Notes: a model not told the origin generated them from the letters alone. A DNA stretch of 63,072 bases, filler included, from Octopus bimaculoides (GCF_001194135.2; 5 parts of 4 records of this genome joined end to end with filler, not necessarily neighbours in it); one strand, 5' to 3'. Positions 1-15,075 are shown, counted from the whole stretch's first letter. Program-made: numbers and translations.

Positions 1-50
<50 letters not shown>

Positions 51-147
51 GCTGCAGCAGCAGTAGTAGTAGTAATAATAGTAGTAGTAGCGGCAGTAGT
101 AGTAGTAGTAGTAGTAGTAGCAGTAGTAGTAGTAGTAGTGGCAGTAA

Positions 148-192
<45 letters not shown>

Positions 193-420
193 AGATGTTC
201 GTCGTCGATGAAGCAGTAGTTGTAGACGTTAATAGTAGCAACAATAGGCCTTAACAACAGCAACGCGTAATGTAGGTTCAAAAATACTACCAACTGCACT
301 TTCCCTAGCAGCAGCAGCAGTAGCGGTGGCAGCAGCGGCGGCAGCAGCAGCAGTAGTAGTAGTAGTAGTAGTAGTGATGGCGTTGATTGCTGTTGTTATT
401 CTTGTCGCCGACCGCATTTT
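1..420. repeat. Compound trinucleotide microsatellite (CAT)n/(TAG)n/(CAG)n
   Basis: Directly visible. Confidence 0.95.
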
Positions 421-574
421 CATTAGTTGTACTGATAGACATTTCTGATGACTTTGTTGCTGTTAATTTCATTATTGGTAGTTATGGTTGCTTATATTTA
501 TTATTGTTCCTTCTATGTTGCTGTAGTTATTGTTCTTGTTATGTTGAGTGCTGTTGCTGTTTGGAGTTATATGT

Positions 575-610
<36 letters not shown>

Positions 611-727
611 GATGTGATTGTTTTCATAATTCATATTTAAGCGACGTCACATGAGAGAAAATAAGGTTTTTTTCTTTTTTCCTTCTCTTTCTAATGAAAC
701 TCATAATCCAGGCATGCTCTGCTTCGC

Positions 728-772
<45 letters not shown>

Positions 773-1706
773 NNNNNNNNNNNNNNNNNNNNNNNNNNNN
801 NNNNNNNNNNNNNNNNNNNNNNNNNNNNNNNNNNNNNNNNNNNNNNNNNNNNNNNNNNNNNNNNNNNNNNNNNNNNNNNNNNNNNNNNNNNNNNNNNNNN
901 NNNNNNNNNNNNNNNNNNNNNNNNNNNNNNNNNNNNNNNNNNNNNNNNNNNNNNNNNNNNNNNNNNNNNNNNNNNNNNNNNNNNNNNNNNNNNNNNNNNN
1001 NNNNNNNNNNNNNNNNNNNNNNNNNNNNNNNNNNNNNNNNNNNNNNNNNNNNNNNNNNNNNNNNNNNNNNNNNNNNNNNNNNNNNNNNNNNNNNNNNNNN
1101 NNNNNNNNNNNNNNNNNNNNNNNNNNNNNNNNNNNNNNNNNNNNNNNNNNNNNNNNNNNNNNNNNNNNNNNNNNNNNNNNNNNNTATATATGTATAAATA
1201 TATATATACAGAGAGACAGAGACATTTTATATCGGCAACAGTGTGCAATGTTTTACGAAAAAGGAAAACTATATTTGTCACTAAATATTACTGCATATAT
1301 ACACATTCTCGCACGTACGCGAATTCGCCTGCACACTGATTGACACGTACGTACGTGTACATATACGTGCAAAAACAAACGTGCATAAGAGGTATGAATA
1401 CCATACGGACGCAAACGCAACTACATCCATTCTTGACACATAAAAGGAGATAAGCATTGGAATATGCGTGTCTATAATTTGTACATATGGAATGTATACA
1501 TACATTCATTATATATGCCAAGATATATACGCAGACATGAAAAGTGATATAAACATATGAATTTGTCCATATTCATGTATTTAAGCATGTGTGTGTGTAT
1601 ATATATATATACATACACACACTCACATATATATATAAATACACACACACACACACACGTATATATATATACATATACAGGTATATCTATATATTTAGAT
1701 ATATAC

Positions 1707-1767
<61 letters not shown>

Positions 1768-1865
1768 TGTGTGTGTGTAACTATATATTTATATGTATAT
1801 GAATATATATATATATGCGTGGATATATGTATATATAGAAATATATGTGTGTATAGATATGTATT

Positions 1866-1964
<99 letters not shown>

Positions 1965-2870
1965 ATATATATAAACATGGTATACAGATATTTGAATATT
2001 CATGCACATAACTGAAACAGCAAATATATTACAGTGTTACACTCGAAACTGAATAAATACACAACGTACCTCTAAGCATACATTCAATAGTCACACATAC
2101 TTACATTTGCACGCATTCATACAGCAGACTACAAAACAATGCTGCGCACGCGCGCACACACAAGTCGATGCACACACATACATATACGCGTGCATGCATA
2201 CTGACAAAAGATACTAGATTCACAGTCACGTTTACGCATCCAACTAATAACATTTGCCTAACCTAGCGGCTTCCCTCGACTAAATTCGAGCTGGTTGCTT
2301 TTGAAAGCCAAAATAAACAAATTGAAATAAATAAATAAATAAATAAATAAATAAATATATTGAAGAAATGAGATTGGAAGAAAACTAAACATGAAAAAGA
2401 CAGCTAAAGAAAATAATGGAAGGATAAAAATAAAGAAATGAATAATTGAAATAGAATAGTGATCAATATTCTTCTCGAAAATTCGAAAATGCTGCTGCTT
2501 CTTGTCTCCATTTATCCGCGAAGCTAAACTATATGGCATTCCAAAGAATGAAAAACACGACAACACGCAAGTCAGGACGACTTTAGTTTCCGTCATATTC
2601 TCTTTAAAAAAAAACACACACAAATTACGAGAGAACAACAGCAACAAAATCAATTTTGGACATAGTGCTGTTGCTCCGTATTTTGTGAATAAGGTTCTTT
2701 TGTCCGAAGATATAGTCAGGGTTTTTTGGGGGTTTTTTTCTATTCTCAAATCCCAAAATATGTTTTGTTAGTCTTCCGTGATGTAAAAAAGTAATCTTTG
2801 AGCATGAAAACGTTAGCAGGCTGAATTTACAGGAATCTACATAATCGACAAATATATTATATGCATATAT

Positions 2871-2912
<42 letters not shown>

Positions 2913-3233
2913 NNNNNNNNNNNNNNNNNNNNNNNNNNNNNNNNNNNNNNNNNNNNNNNNNNNNNNNNNNNNNNNNNNNNNNNNNNNNNNNNNNNNNNNN
3001 NNNNNNNNNNNNNNNNNNNNNNNNNNNNNNNNNNNNNNNNNNNNNNNNNNNNNNNNNNNNNNNNNNNNNNTATATATATATGATATATATATATGATTTA
3101 TTCATTAGGCCTGACAATGTTGATGGACAATTGTTTGGCAAATATCAAACTTTCAATAGAAACACTCGCTTACACACAAATGCATGCACATGCATCTTCA
3201 AACGTGTATAAATTTATGTGTCCGTGCGTAGAA

Positions 3234-3264
<31 letters not shown>

Positions 3265-5951
3265 AGGAAGAAAGAGAGAGCGAGCAAAAGAGACGCGCAC
3301 ACATATTGTTGCTTGTTGAAAGTGTTTGAGATTTGCAAGGAGTGAGGGGAGATGTGTTGCACTCGTGCATTGACAAGTGGATATTAGAGAGACATAATGA
3401 ATGAAGAGAGAAGTTGTTTCGTCGTGCCAATACAATATGTATACATATATTACCAATACAATATATATTTGTTGATGATCATGTTATTTACAACCAACCT
3501 AGTAACACTAAACGGAAGTGAAACTAAGCAGAAAATATCTGTTACTCGCCCTGTTGGACACATTTGGCTCATACTTCCGGCATAAAATATATGTCATCGA
3601 TCTACTGGCAGATAATTGTTGTGTATGATTTGGACAACCTGTCAGACATTGTCCTCGTGCAATGTATATTAATATAGGTCAGGTCGATGATTTCCATTTA
3701 TCGCAAGTTATAAACATGATATCATTTGACATCTGCACAGCAAACTAAATGGCTAAGAAATGTGTGTCGAACAAGAAGATAACTTGTCAGTTATACAATG
3801 TTTACAGTGGTGATTCCCTTCACTTAAATATTTATTCATGCCAATTTAGTGTCCTGGCCAAGAGCACAACACTGAACTGATAACTTCATGTAAATTATAT
3901 ACCCTGCGATTGGTACTTTGACACCTCACAGACCAGGCTAGTGGCACAGCAATGCTATTTTATTAGTTTGATGTCATAAAAATTTAGAAACTTCCCGGAG
4001 AACATGAAATAATTATTTTTGGTACATTGAATTTCGAAGCTGGTAAACCAACAAATAATAGCGTTTTCTATCCTAACTAGAAAAGTAGAAGGCTTTACAG
4101 GAGATGTGGGTTCATGCCCAATGGGCAGCCTTCGACTTGTTTTATCCAAAGAGTTTTTAACCCAATATTTACACACGGCGATGGATCAGCATGGCCGCAG
4201 CTCTGAGCTGAAACTATAAACAACAACACTGTTATTTATAGCTTTATCTGCTTCAAGATTCACCGTTCCATAAACGAGCTTATTAGTATTTGAATCTTTT
4301 AGTTAATACATAACAGCATATTCAGTAAACAAGATAACCAATAAGTTTAAGATCCATAGAGCTTATTATTGGAACATAAATTTATTTATCACGAATGCGG
4401 TGCCTTCAGGTAAGACATCATGTGATATTTGTCTTTTATATGATATTCACGTCTTGCGTAAATCGATTTGGTGACGCATAATGTGCTATATGCAGTTTAT
4501 CTGATCGGTGCGGTGTTCTCGTGATGTTCGTCATGTGATATATATCGCCTGTTTTTTGGTACCATACTCATATGATATTTGTCCATTATCTGATCGATAT
4601 CATTTCCTATGATGTATAACTGTCCATCAGTTGAGTAAAATATCGAGTAATTATTTGCTGGCATTTTGATCGCTAAGATATTCATATTTACGGTCCAACT
4701 GATCGGTGTGATACCGTGTGACTTTTCATCATACATTACATCGGAGAAATATGCCTTGTAATATTTGTCATTCGTCTGATCAATGACATTATGCATGGCA
4801 CATCATGTGATCGAAGCCACCAAATCAGTCAGATTGGTCGGATATACTACGACAAATATCCACAGTAGAGAGCTATATACGTTATCTCTGGTTAACTTCC
4901 GTGGAGAATACATGACCTAGTTGATAAATTATTGGCATTGTCACATCTTCGTAATCTGCGGTCGGAATACTATGATACATTCGCAGTAATAACATTTGTT
5001 ATTTCCATCCCCACCCCATCACCAATCACAACAGCAACAACACAAATTTTGCTGTTGTGTTGTTATTTAGACTCGAGTTAACCCTGATCGAAATGACTTA
5101 TGATTAAAACGTCCCATTTTTGACTATACTGCCTCGTAGTATGTCAAAAGTTGTGTCCTTCTTTATTTGATATAAAAGGTCGTGATTTTGTAACAGAGTT
5201 GGTTGCTATTTTAGCAGCTTGTGGAATGAGAAAGTTAAGAAATGTACTTGCTTGGCCAGATCAGGGGCCCACAACAACTAGGAGTGTGAAGTTTCTCATC
5301 CTAACAATATTTAGGTACCAGGATTGTTGGAATTCTTAACAATGTAATCTATGTCAGGTCAAGTAGGCGACTAGACTTTTAAATATTTAATTTGCTAGAA
5401 AGCGTAACTAAATACTAGTCCTACGATACTTGAAGTTCATTCATAAATAATGCAGAATAAAAACATCAGGTAGTTCTATTTATTTCGTAGTTTAGAAAAC
5501 GGTATATATTGTGGATTGATAATTTCTGTTTGATGTTTATTTGAATATGATATAATGCCACTGTCTAGTGCCTTAACATGCCATATGATTATCAAACATG
5601 CCTGTTTATAAAGTTATATGTTGTATGGTTATGAAATGGTCTTATGGTGTTATAATAATGGTGATTATGGTTATAATTTGGAATAAGGTCGTTACAGATT
5701 ATTGTGAGCCGAGTCCTGATCGAACATATATACTATCAAACGCTTACTATTTATTACCATAGTGTTTTTTTCTTTTTCATACGTATTGCAAATAACACTA
5801 TGTTATGCAAATATGACGTTTTCAAAGACAGCATGTGATATGAAGGAAATTTTGTTATTTCAATTTGTCCGAGCGATTGCATAGAGGCTCAATATACAAT
5901 ATAGTTATAATAGGGCAGTTATGATGAAGTAGTAGATTTTTTTTTTTTGCA

Positions 5952-6430
5952 TAGGCGCAGGAGTAACCGTGTAGTAATAAGCTTATTTCCCAACCACATG
6001 GTTCTGGGTTCAGTCCCACTTCGTGGCACCTTGGGCAAATGTCTTCTACAATAGCCTCGGGCCGACCAAAGCCTTGTGAGTGGATTTGGTAAACGGAAAC
6101 TGAAAGAAGCTCGTCGTTTATAAGTATATATATATATATATATNNNNNNNNNNNNNNNNNNNNNNNNNNNNNNNNNNNNNNNNNNNNNNNNNNNNNNNNT
6201 ATATATATGCACGAACTTGTGTGTCTGTGTTTCTCCTCCCCACCATCGCTTGATAACTGATGTTGGTGAGTTTACGTCCCCGTAACTTAGTGGTTGGGCA
6301 AAAGAACACGATAGAACAAGTACTAGGCTTACAAAGCATAAGTCCTGGGGTCGATTTGTTCGACTAAAGGCGGTGCTCCAGCATGGCCGCAGTCAAATGA
6401 CTGAAACAAGTAAACGAGTAAAAGAGTAAT
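5952..6430 (+). mobile_element. tRNA-derived SINE family A (taggcgcaggag.. head, internal (TA)n, gagtaaaa tail)
   Basis: A-box-like start, B-box-like GGGTTCAGTCC and the body gccttgtgagtggatttggt..cggaaactgaaagaag, shared by many copies in the window. Confidence 0.9.
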
Positions 6431-7237
6431 ACCCTTTTTGTCTTTTCATTTTACATCAATCTATTCTATATATCTCAATGCATCTGTCTCATTATAGCAG
6501 CAGTTTTACTCCGAGCATTAGCTTTGAAGAACCTGCTAAACTATGTGTGGCCAGCCAGTGGTACTCAAGCCTCTGTGGTCTAAGATTTCGTTGAACTTGG
6601 CACAGAGCGGAGATGGAACTATCAGCTGACACTGGAATCTAGGTTAACCTTCGTTTCAGTCACTGTTTTCAGCTGCATTGAGCTTATGACGCGTATATAG
6701 ATAATTGATCCTTGAAAAACGCGGTAACTTTATAATCAGTTACCTTACTGCTCAGTTTCCTATGAAAGTATCCTTTCCATCCAATTTCATTATCAACAGA
6801 TGTGCAACAGATCAGCGACGTGGTTGGCAGGTGTAAGGACGGGTGGATGAAACTGCAAACATAGATGGATCAGGACAAGGGATCACTGACATAGAGATTT
6901 AGTTAAATGCAGGAGCAATCTGAATGCCCATTTTAGAAACACACATTACTCTTTGACATGGATTATTGGAAAGGATTCTGTCTAATGGCCACTAATATGT
7001 AATCACTTTAAATCTTCAAAAGATGCCACCAAATCGACAAAGCTCTAAAAGAAAATTTTAGCAGTTTTACAACACTGAGAAACCTTAGAAGAATGCTTGA
7101 AACCCACGCCTTTGGACAATCAAAATGCAGAAAATGATATGCTGGTGCTTAGAAATGATGTTCCCAGATATCCTACACGCATACAATAGCGTATATACTG
7201 CACGCACGTACACATACAGAGACACACACACACAGAG

Positions 7238-7288
<51 letters not shown>

Positions 7289-8452
7289 TCCTTAGATGCA
7301 TGTCGTTTTATTGAATAAGAAAACTGACGAGAAGTAATGCTACGCCGATTTACAAGAAACGCATACAACACGCTGATGGATGTGTCCTCCAGAGAATCAA
7401 CAATCAGGATATTGCTCACAGGAGAAGAATGATTTGCGATGGCTTAAAACTTCAATTACCACTGTATTCCTCCCTAAGCCATCGATAAGGAAACCACAAA
7501 CCTTTCCAGTAGATGAAAACTGAGAAATTTTGTTCCCTTGGCGAGATATATCATGAGTCTATAAAATCGAGGGGCACATCAGAGCCCTTTACAGTAGTGT
7601 AGAGAAAGAATGTTATGTAATCAACACTTTTAGACTCACGTTTACAATGTTGACTAATACTTCAGAGAGAGTATTTGTAGTGATTGTATGATGTTTATCT
7701 TCAGAAGGCTTGTCTTGAAAGCTAAGATAATGACAGGAATCATCAAATACTCACTGTTTTCTGAATACTGCGCCCCGAACATTGATTTACGAGTTGATAA
7801 GTAATGCAGCGTTGACAGATTTTCCACCGCATATGCAAAGCCTGAAGTACTCCTTCGGCCGGCTTAAAAGAAACTCTGCATTGAACTTAGTTTTACACAG
7901 AAAACAAAATACTGGGCACGACTTCATTTGTCTCGACAACATACTATCACAGTGTCACTATAAATAAACAAGATGAACGTAAGACTCGAGACGTCTATCG
8001 ATGGATCAACCAGAATAACGTCAGAAACAAAAGATAATTTAGCCTATAAACGAAGAGGAAAATGTGTATAATTATTTTCATTACAAAAAAGTAGACTGTT
8101 TGCAAGCTTCTTGCCGAAATGTTAAACTGTTTTCATTCTACATGCTTTAGGTATCTGAAAGCAACTCTGAGATACTTGACCAAATATACCTACCCGGTAT
8201 CTGGCTAACGACAAGGCTGTTCTACGGTGAGTTGCAGCGAGTAAAGCTGTTTCATTTTAAGCCAGAATGATTTAATTATATACTTAACGTAACCATGAAA
8301 TACGATTTGCCATAACGTTTAACACTTAGGAATACAGCCGGAGCTGTAGATCAAAAGAACAAGCCATTGGTTCTCAAGAGAGCGTCTACTCAAACCTTAT
8401 AATCACTACTTATTTTTGTTTAGATGGTACTTGTTATTTGTTTATATTATAT

Positions 8453-8805
8453 GAGTAAAGGGTAAAGATCCCCTCCGGTCATGAATGATCATGGAATTAC
8501 ATTACATCTAGAAAGTTACCTGTCGCGGCACAAGCCTGGGCGAGGTTGTTTATGGAAGACCTGCAGTCGCTCAGACATTCCAGCCTCCCTTCTCCGTGCC
8601 ACCGATGTTATCCTAGGGAAGGGCAAAGGCCAATACAGCCTGGCACCAGTGACGTAGCAACTCATTTCTACAGCTGAATGAACTGAAGCAACGTGAAAGA
8701 AAGTGTCTTGCTCAAGAGCACAACACACAACTCGGTCCAGGAATCGAATTCACTACCTCATGATTGTGAAATTGATGCTCTAACCACTGAGTCATGCGCC
8801 TTCAC
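8453..8805 (-). mobile_element. tRNA-derived SINE family B (GTGTGTTGTGCTCTTGAGCAAGACAC core)
   Basis: Minus-strand head gtgaaggcgcatgactcagtggttagagc...gtgaattcgattcc; core shared with 14129-14457. Confidence 0.85.
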
Positions 8806-9107
8806 TCGCTTCTGTATGAGTACTGTATATCGTAATGTAGGTCTATATGTTTGTAACGTGATATGGAGGAAAGTAAAATGACAGTAGACTAGAAAATATG
8901 GATGTAATATGGAACCAATGTTGGTCCATCACAATTCTAAATTTGATTCAAACCAGCGGCTATTACTTTTATCTTTTCAACCCCGCCTCTTTGATCAATA
9001 CTATAACCATCAATAATAAAATGGTCAATATTTCATCATCTAAGAAAGAAAGAAATAACTGTATATACGACGCTGACGTGATGAAGACAAAGTTAAGGAT
9101 GATGATT

Positions 9108-9400
<293 letters not shown>

Positions 9401-9596
9401 CATGCAGCAGGAAGTTCTTGGTTAATTGCTGTAGTAATGATACTGTAATTATGAAGTTTAACGTATAATGATGGTGTTGTTATTGTGTTGGTGTCTGTAC
9501 GATGTTCTCTGTTTTCATGATAGTCATGCTAATGATGTTACAGCGTGTTTCTGCTGTGGCAGTCTACAACGACAGCAACAACAACAACAACAATGA

Positions 9597-9797
9597 AAAT
9601 CCTTCCTACTAAAGGCACAAGGCCTGAAATTTGGGGGAGAAGTAGCTAGTCGACTATAGCTTGTGATTATATCATCGACTCCGATTGGATGAAAGGCAAA
9701 GTCGACCTCGGCGGAATTTGAAGTTCGAACGTAAAGACGGACGAAATGTCGCTAGGCATTTTCTCCGGCGTGCTAACGATTCTTCGAGATCGCCGCC

Positions 9798-9862
<65 letters not shown>

Positions 9863-10064
9863 CCTTTCTACTACAGGCACAAATTTGGGGAATGGGATAA
9901 TCGATTACATCGACTCTATTACTCAACCGGTACTTGATTTATCGATTCCTAAAGGATGAAAGATAAAGTCGACCTCGGCAGAATTTGAACTCCGAACGTA
10001 AAGATGGACGAAATGTTGCTTGGTATTTTGTTCAGTGTGCTAACGATTCTGCGAGGTAGTCGCC

Positions 10065-10134
<70 letters not shown>

Positions 10135-10332
10135 TTTCAAATTTTGGCACAATGCCAGCATTGTTTGAGGGCAGGGGATAAGTAGATTACATCAACACCA
10201 GTGTTTCACTGGTACTTAATTTATCGACCCCGAAAGGATGAAAGGCAAAGTCGACCTCGGTGGAATTTGAAATCAGAACGTAAAGATGGACGAAATGCCG
10301 CTAAGCATTTTACCCTGCTAGGTCGTCGCCTT
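9597..10332 (-). mobile_element. Three tandem copies of SINE family C separated by (AAT)n
   Basis: ~200-bp unit with ggatgaaaggcaaagtcgacctcggcggaatttgaa at ~9597, ~9860 and ~10130. Confidence 0.92.
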
Positions 10333-10378
10333 AATAATAATAATAATAATAATAATAATGACGATAATAATGATGATG

Positions 10379-10410
<32 letters not shown>

Positions 10411-10929
10411 AATAATAACGTTTCCTATAAATAGGAAATGTTATGTGGTGGCGTTCAGTCTAATAATTGAAGTAAAATTATTATAGCAACGATGATGATG
10501 AAGATGAAGATGATGACGACGACGACGATGATGACGACGATGATTGTAATGATGTTGTTTTGGACAATATTGGTCGTTCTGCAATAGTGTTGTTGCTGTT
10601 GGTGGTGGTGGTGCTGTTGTTGTTGGTGATGGTGTGGGTGGTTTTTGGCAGGGGTATCTGTAGTTTATTAATGGCATCAATTGATATAGTAAATAAGATG
10701 ATTATGATGATGTTGGTGATGACGACGTTGACGACAACACGACGACGATGACAGTGATGATAATGAAGGGTGGGAAGGAAGCGGGGTGGGGGAAAGCAGG
10801 AAAGCAACGACGGTAGAAAGATTGATGGTTAGGGTGGGCTGATTATGCGCATATAATTGAGATGGAATAACGGTAGTGGCAGATGCAGTATGTGTTTCAT
10901 GGAGCTGCGATAGGGAAGATGAGAATAAC

Positions 10930-11330
10930 GACGAGGACGACTAGGACGGAGATGATGGTGACGACGACGACGACGATGATGATGACGACAATGATAACGA
11001 TGACAAGGACGACTAGGAAGAAGACGATGGTGCACGACGGCAATGACGAGGAAGGCGACAATTATAACGATGACAACGATAACGAGGACGACTAGGAAGA
11101 AGATTATGGTGGCGGCGACGACGATGACGACCGTGTTGATGACGATGACGACCGTGTTGATGACGACGGCAACGATGAGGAAGACGACGGCGGCGGTTAC
11201 GACCACGATGATGACAACGATGACAACGAAACGGGGACGTCTAGGAAGAAGACGATGGTGGCGATGACGACAGCTACGACGATGATGATGACAACGATGA
11301 CAACGATGACGACATGGTGGCAGATGCGGA
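10930..11330. repeat. GAC/GAT-based minisatellite with ~75-bp higher-order unit
   Basis: gacg(a/t)ctagga anchor at 10936, 11008, 11087 and 11236. Confidence 0.8.
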
Positions 11331-11889
11331 GGATACATAACGAAACAGTGCTGGTGATGAGGGGCTAAGAGTGTAGGGAAAAGAAAAATTGAAATACATT
11401 GTTTCAATTTAACCCCTATATCAGTCTGATTCATGAAATCTATATCTTTGATGAAATATCAAAGATATCATATTCTGTCTTATTGTATATTTGTGACTAC
11501 ATTTATCCATTGTGCCCTTTCTCCAAGCGGTTTCGTGCTCGAAATGGCAATTAAAATCTCCTCCCAATCAAATCACGTCTCTTGGATGTGATTTAACGGA
11601 CAGGAGGTTTTGATTTCCTTTTCTAGTAAGAAACCCGGTCGCGTACAAACTCCCTGGTTGTGTTTTAGATTTTGTAAAAGTAAATAAGTGATGCCGAGGT
11701 GATGATGTCTGGTGCAGTGGGATTTTGTGTTGGTGCGATGTGGTTGAATTACGAAGATGTTAATATCGTGGTATGTGGCGTTGTGAAGCTGTTTAGATGG
11801 CGATGTGTGAACTGTAGGGTTTGCTAACATAGTTTCTGTATTGTGAAGAAGTTCAGATTGGAATGAAGGCAATTGTGAACCTTTTTAGA

Positions 11890-12370
11890 TGGCAACATAG
11901 AGTGTTGTGAAGATGTTAAAAATATTGTGTAATAAGAATGTTGTTAGGGTGATATATAGTGTTGTGAAGATGTTGCCAATAGTGTTCTATAGTGTAGTGA
12001 AGATGTTGTGGTGATATACGGTGTTGTGAAATATGGTTTTGTAATATATGATGTTGTGAAGTTGTTGGAATAGTGATGTATGATGTTGTGAAGACGCTTG
12101 CATAGTGAAGTCTGTTGCGAAGTTGCTGGTATGGTGATGTGTGGTGTTGTGCTGTTGGTATGGTGATGTATGGTGATGTAAAACCTTGGCAACAGTGTTG
12201 CATGGTGTTGCGAATATGTTGGTATGTGATAATGGTGTTGTGAAGTTGCTGACATGATCATATAGTGATGTATGGCATTGAATGATGTCTTGAAAATGAT
12301 GTTATAGTGATGTATGATGTTGTGAAGATATCGGAATGGTGATGTGTGGTGCTGCGAAGACGTAACTCTG
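11890..12370. repeat. Degenerate ~31-bp minisatellite
   Basis: tgttgtgaag-like anchor recurs at about 12022, 12052, 12083, 12113 and 12145, and beyond. Confidence 0.75.
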
Positions 12371-13636
12371 ACGATGTCTGATGTTAAGATGTTTGTGTAT
12401 CGTTAAGTGATGTCGTGAGCAATAGAGGTAGTAATGTGCAGTGTTGTGAACATGTTTGCTTAAGGAAAGGCAGTGATGTGGTACTATGGAAGTATTGACA
12501 TGGAGATATGGAACTGTAAATTATTGAGATCATGGTGATGCGTGGTGATGTGAAGGCTTGAGATGTTGATTGTTTGCTGTAAGACAGATGTGGGGAATGC
12601 GTTCTTTGTTGAGATATTGATAGAGTAACCTTAGAGTCAATACGGCTAAATTTCAATTTATGTAGGGAAATACGGACGACAAGATGAAAGGCAAATTCTA
12701 CTCTGGTTAGAGAAATAAACTGTTACAAACAGATTTCACACATAGGATGTTGACAGCTACACAGAGAAACTCATAAGCACACATATTTAAATGCTTATGT
12801 GTGTGTGTATGTGTGTGCAAAGTATTACAGTGTGCATGTTTCAGTTAGAAAATAAAGCATTAACACTTTGCCTGTCCGAAGCCTTCTAGCCTTTTCATAA
12901 GTTTGTCCCAAACGGCCATGTTTGTTTTCAGACATTTAATTCACTCTTGTTTCATACGTTCTGAGTAATAAAACCCTTTCCATTCATAAGTCCCAAGTTA
13001 CGTTAGTGGTTGAAAAATACAAAAGGAATGTGTATCCTATATGATTCATTAACACCAGATAAATATATTCTTTGTATCATATGTGATACAGAAGAGAGGC
13101 AAGGGGTTTAAACAGCGATCCAGTGAAAGCAATCTCTCCATTAGGCTTATATAAAGGTATACGATTATTGTAAATAAATTTGAAATTAATGAGCTTATCA
13201 CGGGTACCTTAAATAACCTTTATGGAAATGAAACCTTCATTAACACACGAATAAGCAACCGCACGTGTACGTAACGCATCTATCTGCACACATGAGTATC
13301 ATAAATATAAAGTAAATACGTGTATCTTTGTGTGTGAGTATGTACTCCCGTGTGAGTGGAAGAGTTGTTTTTGCTTTTATTGGTTTTATTTATTTGACTC
13401 AGGCTATGGTGGGGGCTACTTAAAGGGAAATAACCAGACTAAATGAAAGAGTACAATATATTTTTGTTCCGCGTACCGGAATCTGCCATCTTTTACCGTT
13501 GCATCAAGTAACATACATACAATGTATGTATGTATGTATGTATGTATGTATGTATGTATGCATGCATTTATATATATATGTGTCNNNNNNNNNNTGTCAC
13601 ACTCTATCGCTTTCTCTTTCTCTCTATCTCTCTCTC

Positions 13637-13681
<45 letters not shown>

Positions 13682-14128
13682 AATGTGACACACATACATA
13701 CAGGTGCATACATATTTACATACACATGTACACACACACTCCTGCACACGGGCACGTGCGCACTTTTGACAGGCTTTCGTACAGTTTTTATCGAACCGAG
13801 GACCACGTGTTTCCTGAGCAAACACCTCAATTGCAACTATATTAAATACACATATTTTGATGTGTATTTAATCATGACCGATATAATAGTTACCGTGCTG
13901 ATTCTGGGACAAATATATATTGGCACCGTGCATTGTATTTTACTACTACTGCTAATGTTTCAGATATTTTTGAACGCTGCTATTCTCGTCGATGCAGCTG
14001 CTGCATTTATTGCTGTTGTTTTTATTGTTGTTGCAGTTATGTCTTTGGCGTTTATTCTTAACTCGATACATCATACAGCCGGGTTATTAAAAGCATTCCA
14101 GCTATACCCACCTACTTATGCACATACA

Positions 14129-14457
14129 TAAAAGAGTACTCCGTCGGTTACGACGATGAGGGTCCCAGCTGATACGATCAACGGAACAGCTTGCTCTTGA
14201 AATTTACGTGCAAGTGACTGAGCAATCCACAGACACGTGTACCCCTAATGAAGTTTTCAGGGAGGTTCAGCGTGACACAGAGTGTGACAAGGCTGGCCCT
14301 TTGAAATATAGGTACTACTCATTTTTTCCAACTGAGTGGACTGGAGCAACGTGAAATAAAGTGTCTTGCTCAAGGACACAACGCGTCGCCGGGAATTGAA
14401 CTCACGACCTGACGATCGTGAGCCGAATGCCCTAACCACTAAGCCACGCGCCTTCAC
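14129..14457 (-). mobile_element. tRNA-derived SINE family B
   Basis: A box TGGCTTAGTGG, B box GAGTTCAATTCC, core gttgtgtccttgagcaagacactttatttcacgttgctccagtccactcag. Confidence 0.9.
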
Positions 14458-14496
14458 ACATACATACATACATACATACATACATGCATACATGCA

Positions 14497-14527
<31 letters not shown>

Positions 14528-14869
14528 GCATGTGTTTGTGTGCGTGTTTGTGTGTGTGTGCATGTGCGCGCTCGTGTTTGTGTGTGTGTGTGTTTATAAA
14601 GAGGTTGATGGAAAGGGTTACTTTCTGCAATATTCGTTTCATGACTGAAGATGTTTAGATGTGACATGTGGGAGATTTGGCTGATATTTCCAGCAAGTCA
14701 AGCCCTTATCATTTCACTTGTTGCTACTGCACTGGTGTTACCGTGGTTTTCTAATGGAGCTTTTTATTGTGATTATTAATTTGATAGTAGTCGTGGTGTC
14801 ATACAACGAATCGCAGGGCCGGAAGTTTCCATTGTGCTATATCTTGAATGATTTTGGATATAATTTCTG

Positions 14870-15075
14870 ATTAGATACAAAGCTAGTAATTTTGAGAGGA
14901 GCCGGTTAGTTGATTATTTCTCCCGGAATACTTGACTTGCACTATATTTTATCGATACTGAAGGAATGTAAATTAAAGATGACCACGGTTAGATATGAAC
15001 TTAGAACGAAAAGCACCCGAAAGAATACTGCATAGCATATTATGTCCAGAACGCTAACGATTGTGCCAATCCAAT
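14870..15075 (-). mobile_element. SINE family C, old copy
   Basis: Degenerate match to the 9597 unit. Confidence 0.6.

Noticed and set aside
7322-7375. CTGACGA...GAAAC on +
   Set aside because: No closing stem II pair and no GUH/stem I.
9597-10332. CRISPR-like repeat/spacer array
   Set aside because: Units are ~200-bp diverged SINEs with microsatellite linkers in a eukaryotic genome; no cas genes.
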